Below are positions 1 to 12,796 of a DNA stretch of 64,000 bases, one piece after another (position 1 is the first letter of the stretch; each line of letters opens with the position of its first letter). The notes under the pieces were generated by a model that worked only from the letters and a program-made list of their open reading frames with translations, did no database searches and was not told where the DNA came from. The position numbers and the translations under genes are program-made. The stretch comes from Antechinus flavipes (Eukaryota). The DNA lies in contig NC_067399.1 of the NCBI RefSeq assembly GCF_016432865.1, positions 94,612,001 through 94,676,000 of the forward strand. The letters are read 5' to 3'.

Positions 1-3000
1 ATTTTTAAATATGACTATGTAGTTTTGTTTTCTTCATTGGAAAACTGCCTTGTTCACATTGTTTGAAATTTATCAATTGGGGAATGATTTATTTTCTTAT
101 AAATTTAATAAAGTTTTTTGCATATTTGAGATTTGAGATGTTTATCTAAGAAACTATCTATAAAATATCCCATCCCCACAATTTTCTATTTTCCTTCTAG
201 TCTTGGCTTCATTTGTTTTATTTTTACAACCCCTTTTAAATTTAATTAATCAAAATTACTCATTTTATGTCTCATGATGCTCTCTATTTGTCTATTCTTA
301 AATTTTTCTGTTCATAAATCTAAGAAATATATTCCATATGCTTCTGTGAGATCTCCATTTATATTTAGGTCATGTATCTATTTTTACCTTATCTTGGCAA
401 ATGGTGTAAGGCATTGGTTTAATTTCTATCAGACTGCTTTCCAGTTTTCCCAACAATTTTTTAAAGTGTAAAATACTTCCATATTAGTTATTTTGTACAA
501 GAAGATTTGAATGAAAGAAAAAAGTGAAAGAGAGTCAAAAAAAATTAGCATGCTTCAGTCTATATAATCAGTCAATATCAGTTCTTTCCCTGAAGGCAGA
601 TAATATGCTTCATCATTAGTACTTAGGAATTGTCAAGACATTCACAATTCTTTATTGAATATAATTACATTTACCATGTATGACATTCTCCTGATTCTGT
701 TCATTTCACAATGTATCAATTCATATAAGCAGCTTTTTTTTCTGAAATGATCCTGCTTGACATTTTTTATAGCACAATAATATTCCATTGCAGTCATATA
801 TCACAGCTAGTTTATCCATTCCCCACTTGATGGGTATCCCTTTGATTTCTAGTTCTTAGCCTTTGCAAAAATTGTGGCTATAAATATTTTTACAAAATAT
901 ATGTAATTAAATCAAACTTATTAATTTAAATATCAAATTAATTATTAAATATTTGTATATAAATAAAATAGCAAATTAATAAAATAAATCAATATCGAAT
1001 TAATTAATTGAATTAAATTATGAATTTAATTAATATATTTAATAAATATAAATATTTTATAAATATATCTTTTCCCTTTTTTTGGCAGTCTTTGGTTTAT
1101 AGACCTAGCAGTGCTACTGCTGGATCTAAGAGTATGCATAGTTTTATAGCCATTTGTATCTAGTTTTAAATTGTTCTCCAGTTCACAATTCAACTAGTAG
1201 TGCATTTGTGTCCCAGTTTTCCTACATCCAGTATTTTTCTTTTTTGTCTTATTAGCCAAAATAATAGGTGTGATAGGTATGATATATCTGATAAATGTGA
1301 AGTGATAATTTAGGGTTGTTTTAATTTTCATTTCTCTGATCATTTTTGATGTAGAGCACTTTTTCGTTTACCTAGTAACTTTGATTTCATTGTCTGTAAG
1401 CTGCCTGTTCATATCCTTTGATCATTTATCAGTGGGGAATGAATTGCATTTTTATCAGTTTGACCTAGTTCTCTATAAATTTGAGAAATGAGGCTTTTAT
1501 CAGAGATTACTTTTTGCAAATTCTTTTCTTCTCCCCCATTTTCTGCTTTCCTTATAATTTTGGTTGCATTGTTTTTTTTTCATGCAAAATTTTTGATTTT
1601 TTTCCCCTAATTTATTTATTTGTTTTTAATGTGCATTGCTTTATGAATAGTGTTGAGAGAGAAAAATCAGAACAAAAACCAAAAGAGAGAGAAAAAAAAA
1701 AAGAAAAAAAGAAGTGAACATAGCATGTGTTGGTTTTCATTCAATCTCCATAGGTTTTGTTTGTTTGTTTGTTTGTTTTTTGGATGCAGATGGCATTTGC
1801 TATTCAAAATCTATTAGGATTGCTTTAGATCACTGAACCTCTGAGAAGAACCAAGTTTTCCCGTAGTTGATATTGCACTTTCTTGCTGTTTTTTGTGTAC
1901 AATGCTTATTTCACTCAGCATGAATTTGTGCAAATATTTCCAGGCCTTTCTAAAATCAGCTTGTTAATTATTTTTATAACAATAATATTCCATTACCTTC
2001 ATATACCCCATCTTATTTAGCCATTCCTCAGTTGATGGGCATCGACTCATTTTCCAGTTCTTTGTTATCACACAGATCTGTTACACACATTTTTGCACAT
2101 GTGAGTCCTTTTCCCTCCTTTATGATTTCCTTAGGATACAGGCCCAGTAGTGGCACTGTTGAATCAAAGGATATGCACAATTTTATAGCTCTTTGGGCAT
2201 AGTTCTAGATTGGTCTTCAGGGTGGTTGGATCATTTCACAACTTCACCAAAAATACATGTGTCCCAATTTTCCCACATCACCTCCAACATCTATCATTAC
2301 CTTTTCCTGTCATTTTAGTCAGTCTGAGAGGTGTGAAGTAGTACCTAAAGAGTTGTTTTAATTTGCATTTTTCTAATCAATAGTGATTCAGATTATAAAT
2401 GGCTTTAATTTCTTCATCTGAAAATTGTTCATATTCTTTGACCTTGTGTCAATTGGGGAAGGACATATGTTCTTATAAATTTGACACAGTTCTTTATATA
2501 TTTTAGAAATGAGACCTTTATCAGAAACACTGTCTGAAAAGATATTTTCCCCAACTTTGTACTTCCCTTTTAATCTTGCTTGTGTTGGTTTTGTTTGTGC
2601 AAAAACTTATTAATTTAATCCAATCAAAGTTGTCCATTTTGCCTTTCATAATGTTCTCTAGTTCTTATTTGGTCATAAATTTTTCCCTTCTCCAAAAATC
2701 TGATAGGTAAATTATCTCTTGCTCTCCTAATTTGTGCAAAATCTTTTTACTTTTGTGTAATCAGAATTATCTACTTTAAATTTTTAATACTTTTTAAATC
2801 ATCTTTTTGTTCCTATTCTTTTCCTTATCCATAAATCTGACAGATAAATTATTCCATGCTTTCTCAATTTGTTAATTGCATCAACCTTTAAGTTGAAATC
2901 ATGTCCCCATTTTGACCTTTTCTTGTTATACAGTATGAGATGTTGGTCTATACCTAGTTTCTGCCATATTGTTTTCCAGTTTTCCCAACAATTTTTATCA

Positions 3001-3909
3001 AATAATAATTTTTTTTGTTCCAAAAGCTATTCTATCATTTTTTTTTGCCAAGTAGTTGGATTTTTATCCCTAATGCTTAAATCTTTACATTTTTCAAACA
3101 CAATATATTGTATGTCTTCTCTGTTCTACTGATTGATCTTTCTGTCTCTTAGCCAGTACTAGATTTTTTTGATAATTACTACTTTATAATATAGTTTAAG
3201 ATATGGTACTACTAAATAAACCTGCTTCCTTTACATTTTTTCATTAATTCCTTTGATAGCTTGACCTTTTGTTTTTTCCAATGAAATTTTTTTGTTGTTT
3301 TTTCTAGATTTATAAAATAATTTTTTTTTTTTTTTGCTAATTTAATTGGGATGGCATTGTATAAGTAGGGTTAGCTTAGGTAGAATTGTCATTTTTATTT
3401 TATTGGATCTGCCTACCCACAAACAATGTTTCTCCAATTATTTAAACCTGACTTGTTTAAAAAAGTGTTTTATAATTATATTCATTTAGTTCCTGGGTTT
3501 GTCTTTGCAGATGCACTCCCAGGTATTTAATGTGGTGTATAATTACTTAAAATTTCTTCTTGCAGAGTTTTGTTAGTAATATATAGAAATATTGATGGTT
3601 TTATATGTGCTTCTTTTATATCCTGCTATTTTGCTAAAATTATTTTGTCCTACTAACTTTTAGTTACGTCTCTGGGATTTTTCAAGTTTATCATATCATT
3701 ATCATTGCAAAAAAGAATGGCTTTTATTACCTCATTACCAATTCTTATTCCTTCAATTTCTTTTTCTTCTCTTATTGCTCTTGTTAGCATTTCTAATATA
3801 ATATTGAATAATATTGTTAATAATAGGCATCCTTGTTTCACTCCTGATTTTATTAGGAAGGGGTTCCAGCTTTTCTCCATCACAAATAATATTTGCTGAT
3901 GGTTTTAGG
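1..3909 (-). mobile_element. Stacked older L1 (LINE-1) fragments: ORF2 and 3' ends
   Basis: ORF 3653..3883 contains L1 RT motifs (GVKQGC..LFNIILE..EIEGIRIG). ORF 2799..3023 (WENW..WQKLGIDQHL) is the ORF2 C-terminal region. Segments 274-470 and 2870-3000 are homologous, implying at least two copies. Confidence 0.85.
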
Positions 3910-3926
3910 TAGATGCTGCTTCTTTT

Positions 3927-4568
3927 TTTTTTTCTTATTAGAGCTGTATTAATATTTTATTCTCTCTCTTTCTCTCTTTTTTTAAATAACTTTTTAATTG
4001 ACAGAACCCATGCCAGGGTAATTTTTTACAGCATTATCCCTTGCACTCACTTCTGTTCCGATTTTTCCCCTCCCTCCTTCCACCCTCTCCCCTAGATGGC
4101 AAGCAGGCCTTTACATGTTAAATAGGTTATAGTATATCCTAGATACAATATATGTGTGCAGAACCGAACAGTTTTCTTGTTGCACAGAGAGGATTGGATT
4201 CAGAAGATATAAATAATCCGGGAAGAAAAACAAAAATGCAAGCAGTTTATATTCATTTCCCAGTGTTCTTTCTTTGGGTGTAGCTGCTTCTGTCCATCCT
4301 TGATCAATTGAAACTGAATTAGCTCTCTTTATCGAAGAGATCCACTTCTGTCAGAATACATCCTCAAACAGTTTCATTGTTGAGGTATATAATGATCTCC
4401 TGGTTCTGCTCATTTCACTTAGCATCAATTCATATATGTCTCACCAGTCCTCTCTGTATTCATCCTGCTGGTCATTCCTTATAGAACAATAATATTCCAT
4501 AATGTTCATATATCACAATTTACTCAACCATTCTCCAATTGATGGGCATCCATTCATTTTCCAGCTTC
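3927..4568 (-). mobile_element. Young 5'-truncated L1 3' end inserted into the older L1
   Basis: Exact 17-bp TSD tagatgctgcttctttt at 3910-3926 and 4569-4585; poly(T) at 3923-3933. Confidence 0.9.
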
Positions 4569-4585
4569 TAGATGCTGCTTCTTTT

Positions 4586-4880
4586 AAGGAAAAATCCATT
4601 TATGACTATATTTTCAAATTTGTTTAATAGGAATGAGTTGTATTTTGTCAGAAGCCTTTTCTGCATCATTTGGCACAATCATAATGATTTTTGTTACTTT
4701 TTTATTGAGATAATCAATTATGTTAATAGTTTTCCTTATGTTAAATCATCCTTGCATTCTTGGTATGAATCCTATTTAATCACAAAATATAATACTTGTG
4801 ATATATTATTGTAGTCTCCTAGCTAGTATTTAGAATTTTTGCATCCATATTCATTAATGAAATTGTTCTATAACTTTCTT
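4586..4880 (-). mobile_element. Continuation of the older L1 ORF2 after the nested insertion
   Basis: Sequence resumes L1 RT-region homology immediately after the right TSD. Confidence 0.7.
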
Positions 4881-4972
4881 TAAATTGCATTATGCCAAAT
4901 CATAATATATATCATGTTTTGGTTCCACATAAATGATGAAGGGAAGATTTTTGTGTGAAGAATTAATTCTTT

Positions 4973-5124
4973 GGAGCAGCTAGATGGCACAGTGGATAAA
5001 GCAGCAGCCCTGAAGTCAGGAGGTTCCGAGTTCATATGTGGCCTCAGACACTTAACACTTCCTAGCTGTGTGACCCTGGGCAAGTCACTTAACCCCAATT
5101 GCCTCAGCAAATAATAAAAAAAAA
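4973..5124 (+). mobile_element. WSINE1-type marsupial CORE-SINE
   Basis: ggagcagctagatggcacagtggata...tgtgaccctgggcaagtcacttaaccccaattgcctc plus A tail. Confidence 0.85.
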
Positions 5125-5471
5125 GGCACAAGAATTATTTATTTGTTTTTTGAAAATATTTATTTTACAAAATTAAATCTTTATTTTGCATATTTAAAAA
5201 TTGTATTTGAACTTGGTTATAGTACTAATATTTCAGTATTTTGTGGCTAATATTTTGATATCTATTTGAACTGGTAATTGACTTTTACCAAAAGGAAAAA
5301 CACCACAGACACTTTAGAGAATAATTTGAAAAAAGGTTTATTTGTGTTTGTATTAGAGTATAATGTAGTAGAAAGTTATCACTTAACCAATGAGATTCCC
5401 TGGCATCCAGAATCTAACTGAGAGAAGACAAAGATATTCTTGATGATAGAATAATGGCTCTTTCTTCTCAG

Positions 5472-5636
5472 TTTTTTGAAGCTGATGAACAACATAAACA
5501 CATGGAGGCAGAACTGAGAAGTAGATTGGAGACATTGGAGACAGAAGCAGCACAGCACCAAGCAGTCGTAGATGGTTTAACAAGAAAGTACATGGAAACC
5601 ATAGAAAAACTGCAAAATGACAAGGCCAAATTAGAA
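5472..5636 (+). CDS. PPP1R21: PPP1R21 exon 5 (FFEADEQHKHMEAELRSRLETLETEAAQHQAVVDGLTRKYMETIEKLQNDKAKLE)
   Basis: ttctcag| acceptor, |gtaagc donor; 165 nt, phase 0-0; lies within ORF 5454..5657. Confidence 0.96.
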
Positions 5637-5785
5637 GTAAGCTTTTCTCTTTGTTAAAAATGTCTCCTCCTGTGTGCTTTTGAAAAACAGGATGTTACTT
5701 AAAATGAGAATCTTATCTGAAGTACCTCTCATGTGCTTTTATTTACAAAATGAGGATTTTTGGCTTTTCTTTTTTTTAAATTCAG

Positions 5786-5844
5786 GTAAAATCACAAACA
5801 CTAGAAAAGGAGGCCAAGGATTGTCGACTTCGAACAGAAGAATG
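5786..5844 (+). CDS. PPP1R21: PPP1R21 exon 6 (VKSQTLEKEAKDCRLRTEE[C])
   Basis: ttcag| acceptor, |gtatgt donor; 59 nt, phase 0-2. Confidence 0.95.
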
Positions 5845-6305
5845 GTATGTTTAAGAGTGTTGAATGTCAGATTCAGAAAACTTGCTTTCTCTTGTCTTGG
5901 CTTTGCTATTAACTAGCTACATACAGACAGGTCATTTAATGTGTCTGTGTTTCAATTGCATTAGCTAACTTCTTATGTATCACTTATATCTACAATTTTG
6001 TAATCTTAAGCAATTTGTTCATATAATCCACATTCTAGTATCTTGCTTGAGGTTTTACTTTGTGTTTTGTCTTCGTAATTTCAAAATTTTATAGGTATAG
6101 CACCATCAGCTGCACTGTCAGGATTATATTAGTTCCTATTTTAAGTGACTTGAATCAAATGCCCTGCAGGTGATCTGTGAAGTTGACACAGAACTGAGTC
6201 TTGGCTATGATAATCTGAAAATGAAGTAACTTGCAGTTGATGTATATAAATATTTGGCTTAAAATTTGATTTAAAATGTTAAGGATCTTTTTTCCTTTCT
6301 TACAG

Positions 6306-6400
6306 TCAACTTCAGTTAAATAACCTTCATGAGGATTTGTCAAGTAGATTAGAGGAATCCTTGTCTATCATCAATGAAAAAGTTCCTTTTAATGACACAA
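6306..6400 (+). CDS. PPP1R21: PPP1R21 exon 7 (QLQLNNLHEDLSSRLEESLSIINEKVPFNDT)
   Basis: cttacag| acceptor, |gtaggt donor; 95 nt, phase 2-1. Confidence 0.95.
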
Positions 6401-6669
6401 GTAGGTATTATATAATTTTTCTCATTCACTGTTGGGACATGTCAGACTGAATGGTTCTTATTTATGTGGATAGAAGACTGATGTGGCCATTTTTGTTCTT
6501 TTGTTTGTGTCCAAAAGTGTAACTTTATATCCGATCACAAAATAGATATTGGTGACTTTAAGTTCTCTTATATTGTAGAACAGTACTGATTTTAGGGTTA
6601 AAATGATTCTCTGTTGGTTTATGTAAATGGAAATCTCACATGCTCTGTGTAACTCTCTTTGTCTTCTAG

Positions 6670-6722
6670 GATTTAGTCAGTATAATGCTCTGAATGTTCC
6701 ACTACACAATAGGAGACATCAG
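6670..6722 (+). CDS. PPP1R21: PPP1R21 exon 8 ([R]FSQYNALNVPLHNRRHQ)
   Basis: cttctag| acceptor, |gtaacc donor; 53 nt, phase 1-0. Confidence 0.95.
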
Positions 6723-7239
6723 GTAACCCTCTAGTTACATTTTTTCTTTTTTAGTGATTATTCTTTTAAAAAGACCAAAGAATTGGTAGATCTTATTGAA
6801 GGGTCATTCAACAGATGATTTAACTTGTTTTTGCTTATGAAATTTGTACACTGTTATTGTTGGCAACCATCAGAAAAAAGGCCCATTTAAAATAGTTTTT
6901 CTATGTGGTATATCCTGAAGTTCACTAGTTCTTTAAGCATACCATCTGGAGCTTTTAGTTGGCTAATCTAACATTTTAAACTTAGTAAGTCATTTGTGTT
7001 GCAAATTATTTTTATTAATTGAAAGAGATGTATTTGCCAGTTTTTCCTATCTCTCTTGTTAGTTAGGCATGGATATTAAAGGTTGGGATGGGAGACTTTA
7101 GTTTAAATTAAGTAATTCTTTACTTAGAAATATTGAGATGGCTTTAAAAGGAGAAACAACTTCAAAAATATTATGAAATAGTAGTTTGGCAATTGCATTC
7201 TTTTGCCCCATTTTTAATTGTGTATTTATAATTTTAAAG

Positions 7240-7389
7240 CTGAAGATGCGGGATATTGCTGGGCAGGCCTTGGCTTTTATTCAAGATCTTGTGACAGCTC
7301 TTCTGAACTTTCATACCTACACAGAACAGAGAGTCCAAATTTTTCCCATTGATTCTGCCATTGATACTATATCACCATTAAATCAGAAG
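7240..7389 (+). CDS. PPP1R21: PPP1R21 exon 9 (LKMRDIAGQALAFIQDLVTALLNFHTYTEQRVQIFPIDSAIDTISPLNQK)
   Basis: ttttaaag| acceptor, |gtaaat donor; 150 nt; lies within ORF 7186..7425. Confidence 0.96.
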
Positions 7390-7469
7390 GTAAATTTTCT
7401 CAATTTTTTTTTCACTTTGGTTTGAACAAAAAATTTTACTCATCTGACACTTTTAATATTTAACACACT

Positions 7470-8250
7470 GAACTGAAACAAGTATATTCAGTTTATGAAC
7501 ATTTATTAAGTGCCTTCTATATATAGTTATGGTGCTAGGTGCTTGGAGGATGTGAGGTTGGTTTGCCAGAACTACATTCTAGTTGGACGACAAACCATAA
7601 ATATGTCAAGTTAAATAACAGTACAGAATTAAATGTGAGAGATATCACAAAGTAGTTCATAGTTTGTTGTTAACGAATGAAAAAATATGATGAGTCCAAA
7701 GAAAAGAATACTCATTGGATGGGAGTAGTTGACAAATCATGGTAGATGTCTCAGTTCAGTTTACTCTGAAAGAATTGTTAGGATTTTGGTAGGCAAAGAG
7801 GAAATAAGTACGCAAGAAAATTGTGGATTAGTGTGCAAAGAGTGTGTGTGTGGGGGGAGGGTAGAAATTGGGAAGAGGTAAGGTAAAAGAGACAATGATT
7901 AGTCCAACTTATCTGTAAGTAACTTATAGGAAACATGGTAGATATGGCCAGAAATACATATTAGGGCCAGATGATAGAGAATCTTGACTTGATTAGGTAT
8001 TATTTTATTTTTGATAGGCTATTTTAAATTCTTGATATGTTTTAGGGCTCAACTAGAAATGTTCAAGGAAGCATTGAAAAAAAAAACAGGAGAACTGGGA
8101 TCAATGTCTGTTTTTCTACAAACTAAGCTCATAAGTGGTATTTTTAGAATGGGACTGAAAAGTCAAAGAAGAGTTACAGTTAGGAATGCCACTAGTCCCA
8201 GGCACAGGCACATGATAGGAGGAAAAAATCTAGTTTTGTGAAAGTCAGTT
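7470..8250 (-). mobile_element. L2 LINE relic
   Basis: Begins with the L2 3'-end motif (aacatttattaagtgccttcta...), followed by degenerate purine-rich body. Confidence 0.55.
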
Positions 8251-8539
8251 TCAGTGATATAGTGTACTCCTAAATTAAGGTCTCACTGAGTCTTTTAAGC
8301 CTATCCTCATTCTCTGTGTCAGGGTAGCTTAGTTGTTTGATAGGGTTTTATAGTAGGTTTGATCCTACTTAAGCATGTTTGGTTTTCTATCTCTAATGTT
8401 ACAATCAGGGAGGTCTAGACATCTGGGACCTGGAAAAATTTAGGTCAGCAAGTTCTAATTGTTCCTGCATCAACTCTGGTGGATTTCAGGGATTTGGGTT
8501 TGACATATTGTAAACAATGAGTTGTATAAAGGCCTAATT

Positions 8540-8667
8540 GGCATGTTTTTCAAATTAGTACAAAGCGGGGATGGGGAAAATTAACTCATTGGGACACAGG
8601 ATTCCAAAAAATTCTGATGGGCTTGAATATTGGTCTGAATATAATGAGATGAAATTTAATAAGGATC
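8540..8667 (+). mobile_element. CR1/L3 LINE RT fragment; its 3' part resumes at ~9900-10535
   Basis: gatgggcttgaatattggtctgaatataatgagatgaaatttaataaggat resembles the CR1 motif DRLE.W...N.MKFN..K. The downstream segment ends in a CR1-like 3' terminus (ctgaggtctcttctgac...gtgatt). Confidence 0.6.
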
Positions 8668-9462
8668 CAGCCATTCTGGAAAACAATTTGGAATTATGCC
8701 TAAAGAATTATCAAACTATACACATTCTTTGACCCAGAAGTGTTTCTACTGGGCTTATATCCCAAAGAGATCTTAAAGGAGGAAAAGGGACCCACATGTG
8801 CAAAAATGTTTGTGGCAGCTCTTTTTGTAGGAGCAAGGAACTGGAAACTGAGTGGATGGCTATCAGTTGGAGAATGGCTGAATAAGTTATGATATATGAA
8901 TACTATGGAGTATTACTGTTCTATAAGAAATGACCAACAAGATGATTTCAGAGAGGCCTGGAGAGACTTACATGAACTGATGCTGAGTGAAATGAGCAGA
9001 ACCAGGAGATGATTTTTACATGGCAACAACAAGTTTAAACGATGGTTAATTCTGATGGACCTGGCTCTTCTCAACAATGAGATGATTGAGATCATAGTTC
9101 CAATGATCTTGTGATGAAGAGAACCATCTATACCTTTCTATACCCAGAGAGAGGACTGTGAGAACTGAGTGTGGATCACAACATAGCATTTTCACTTCTT
9201 TTGTTGTTTGCTTGAATTTTATTTTCTTTCTCATTTTTTCCTTTTTGATCTGATTTTTCTTGTAATACAAGATAATTGTAGAAATACATATGCATATATT
9301 GTATTTAGCATATATTTTTACCATATTTAACATATATTGGATTACTTGCTTCTAGGGGAGGGAGCAAGGGGGGAAATTGGAACAAAAGGTTTTGCAAGAG
9401 TCAGTGTTGGAAAATTGTCCTTGCATATGTTTTGAAAATAAAAAGCTTCAATTAAAAAAAAA
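8668..9462 (+). mobile_element. L1 3' end, sense orientation
   Basis: ORF2 C-terminal and 3' UTR motifs (cccaaagagatc...ggaactggaaactgag), AATAAA at 9437-9442, A tail. Confidence 0.85.
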
Positions 9463-9464
9463 GA

Positions 9465-9845
9465 TTTTGAGCTTCAAATTTTTTTCTTTCCCCCCCTCAA
9501 GATAGCAATCTGATAAAGGTTATGATATCTGATATGATATGATAAAAGTTATACATGCAACTCACTGTTGCATGTATAATCATGTTAAACATTTTGACTT
9601 TAGTCATATTGTAAAAGAAGAAATCGGAATAAAGGGGAAAAAAAACATAAGAAAAAACAAAAAAAAGTGAAAATACTATGCTTTGATCTGCATTTAGATT
9701 CCATATTTCTTTCTCTGGATGTGGGTAGATAACTTTTTCCATTATGGTTCCTTTGGAATTGTCTAGGATTACTGAGAAGAGCTAGATTTATCACAGGTGA
9801 TCATTACACAGTGTTGCTTTGTACAGTGTTCTCCTTGTTCTGCTT
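9465..9845 (-). mobile_element. Older L1 3' end, antisense
   Basis: Homologous to the L1 3' end at ~1600-1900 (gatcattac...tgtacagtgttctcctt). Confidence 0.65.
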
Positions 9846-11368
9846 ATGAAGTTGATTTTTTTAAACCCAAGTTTAAGATAGAGTTAATGGTTTTTTAGCA
9901 ATTGAAAATAATCTGAAGGTTTTAGTGGATTGTAATCTCATTATGAGACTAGTATTAAGATATGATGGCCAAGAAAGTTAGTATGACTTCCCGCTGCCTT
10001 GAGAAGTACTTTGTATCCAAGAATTAGGAGCTTTTAAAAGTTCAAATTCAGACATAGCTCAATTATATTTGAACTCCAGTCTTTATTTCTGGGTGACATA
10101 TTTTAAGAAGAACATTCATAAGCTGCAATCCCTTCAAAATAATGTTAATTAGGATAATGAAAGGTTTCAAATTCATGCCATTTGAATGTTTAAGGAACTA
10201 GTGGCCTAGAGAAAGAAGTCTTAGAGGAGAATTGATAGCTATTTAAAAATATTTGAAAGATTCATTTGGAAGAAGGGGTAGATTGGTATTGGTTGCCCCA
10301 GGACAGAACTAGAAACAGTGCGTGGGAATTGTAAAGAGGAAATTTTGGATTGATGTAAAGAATAATTTCCTAATAATTAGAGTTCTTCAAAAATAGAATG
10401 AGCTACATTAGGAAGTAGCATGTTACTTCTTCACTTAAGATTTTTCATTGAAGAATAGATAATTATTTGCTAGGAGAAAAATGCTTTTTTCAGGTAATCC
10501 TGAGGTCTCTTCTGACTTTAAACTTTAGTGATTTTATAGTAACTTGAAGCCCAAGAATATGGGTCAGTTAAGTGATTGAATATCTACTTTTAAAATGTTG
10601 CTTAGCTTATTGCTACGTTACATTTACTTTTGAACCAAACAATTGTTTGCTTGCATTCAACACATAAGAATTAGGGAAAACCTTTGTTAGAGTATCCTAT
10701 ACTATAGGCCACTTAGCAGCCTTACAAGATTTTACCTTAGACAGTATGACCCAAGGTAAAAATCACAGAAATCTAGGATTGGGTAAGCCCAATATGTATA
10801 TAAATAAAATCTACATTTGACATACTAATAGGAGAAGCCATGCTTCATTTGTTTGAAGATCTTCAAAAAGTCCACTAACTTCAAGGCAGCCCATTCTACT
10901 TTGAGAAAGTTCAGATTTTTAAGAACTTTTTCCTTGATATCAAGCCTGATTTATCTTCTTGTAACTTCCCGTTATTCCAGTTACCAATGCCACTTTTCAG
11001 TAACATCCACAGTAATAATAGGATATAATTTATCTCAGCCTTGACTTTGTAGTTATCAAAGGTATGTTAAATGGTCTCCCTCCTTATCTTGTTTAGTAAT
11101 ATCTTTTTGCTTTTTTGTTTTGTTGCTTTTAGCCCAAAAGTCATTCTCTTCAGCAAGAAAATAAGCAAAATAAGAAATGGAAACTTCCTTTATCTCTATT
11201 ATCTTAGCCCATCTTCTCAGCACATCTTTTCTTTCATTCTGATAATTTTCCCAATGTAACTTTTAAAATAATTTCTCAATCCTTTTTGTTGTCATTAGTT
11301 ACCTTGTCAACCCAAACTCAATCTGGACTTTTACTACTCCTGACAACTTTCTTGTTGGATTATGCAAC

Positions 11369-11530
11369 TTTTTTTTTTTTGTTTGTTTGTTTGTTCTGCT
11401 GAGGCAATTGGGGTTAAGTCACTTGCCCAAGGTCACACAGTTAGAAAGTGTTAAGTGTCTGAGGTCAGATTTGAACTCAGGTCCTCTTGACTTCAGGGTG
11501 CTTTTTTCCACTGCGCCACCTAGCTGCCCT
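11369..11530 (-). mobile_element. WSINE1-type SINE
   Basis: Reverse-complement consensus; approximate TSD ggattatg(c/t)aa at 11357 and 11531. Confidence 0.88.
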
Positions 11531-12514
11531 GGATTATGTAAATTTATTTTTACTGTCCTTTTAAAATATTAAAAACAACAACAACAACAACAACAAAATT
11601 GGTTGATGAAATTTCCAAGCATTAACAATCTTAGTCTCTTAGCTCTTGAAATCATAGATATGATCAAAATTAAAAACAAAATACAAGAAAAATACCTGAT
11701 ATCATTAAAGAAACATTAAGGTAGTGTGTAAAGAGGCCTCAGCCTCTGCAGCTATTTTCTCCTCTGTAAACTGAGGAAATAATACTTACTCTGGGATGTT
11801 TGGAGAAAACATTCATAAGCTTTGCAAAGTACTGTATGAGTCTGCATTATTATTGTTAAGATATTTTCTCTGCAAATGTTAAAATGAGGACGTTGTTGAC
11901 AATGTCAATCCAGAATGTAGTGGACATAGCTCATAGCATGTAATAAAGACTGATAAGGTTAGTCACTTGTTATTATTTTTTAAAGAGGGAGATATGCTGG
12001 TACTTTGACTCACTGTTACAGTGATTAATTGTTACCCACCCAACTCTTTTTTCCATGTTTATGTAGCACCTGTAAGGAAAGAATAGAGTTCTGTTTGAGG
12101 GTCCAACTTGCAGTGAATTTCCATTGTACTAGAATCTCAGAATTAAAAAGAGATGCTAGAGTTCAGCCAATCTCCCAACTAATATTTCCTTGAAGCAGAA
12201 AATTTTCCAATAAAATCTTGACCTTTTTGGTAAAAGACATATCTAGCTGCTTCACTTGGTGTTTTTCCTGCTGCTACCCATTCTTGCCTTGAAGGGAGAG
12301 TAAAGATTTTAGAACTAGCCAGAATAGGAGATAGAGAGGGGGGAAAGGGAGGAATCCCTTCTCATTTAAAGCCTGAATTTTCTTTCTAGGTAATTTATCC
12401 TCATTAAAACAATCTTAAGTATTTGTTATACAGTCCAGTAAGTTCACTCATGAACTTGTTGACATTTTTTGTTTTCAATAATTTAGCTCATAGGCCTTTT
12501 ATTTTTCTCTGCAG

Positions 12515-12616
12515 TTTTCACAGTACCTTCATGAAAATGCATCCTATGTTCGCCCTCTTGAGGAAGGAATGCTTCGCTTATTTGAGAGTATTACTGAAGA
12601 TACTGTGACAGTCTTG
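12515..12616 (+). CDS. PPP1R21: PPP1R21 exon 10 (FSQYLHENASYVRPLEEGMLRLFESITEDTVTVL)
   Basis: ctctgcag| acceptor, |gtattt donor; 102 nt. Confidence 0.95.
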
Positions 12617-12707
12617 GTATTTCCTTCCACTTATTATTTCTGGGAAATGGGAGTTCTTTTTTTGTGCAAATAATTCTATTAACCCTGTGAAAATTTTTCT
12701 TTTCTAG

Positions 12708-12796
12708 GAAACAACTGTGCAATTGAAAACTTTTTCAGAACATTTAACCTGCTATGTATCTTTTCTTAGGAAGATTCTTCCTTATCAGTTAAAAAG
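12708..12796 (+). CDS. PPP1R21: PPP1R21 exon 11 (ETTVQLKTFSEHLTCYVSFLRKILPYQLK[S])
   Basis: tttctag| acceptor after a 91-nt intron, |gtactt donor; 89 nt, phase 0-2. Confidence 0.95.

Noticed and set aside
890-1065. Extremely AT-rich tract (also 35100-35230) as a structural element
   Set aside because: Low-complexity expansion within or between repeats, with no defined periodicity.
5379-5583. Antisense ORFs over exons (also 25620..25802, 41426..41656, 48246..48461)
   Set aside because: These are shadow frames of PPP1R21 exons with no independent coding evidence.
12617-12707. 91-nt intron 10 as a U12-type intron (GTATTTCCTT)
   Set aside because: Does not match the GTATCCTT consensus, and there is no clear TCCTTAAC branch site.
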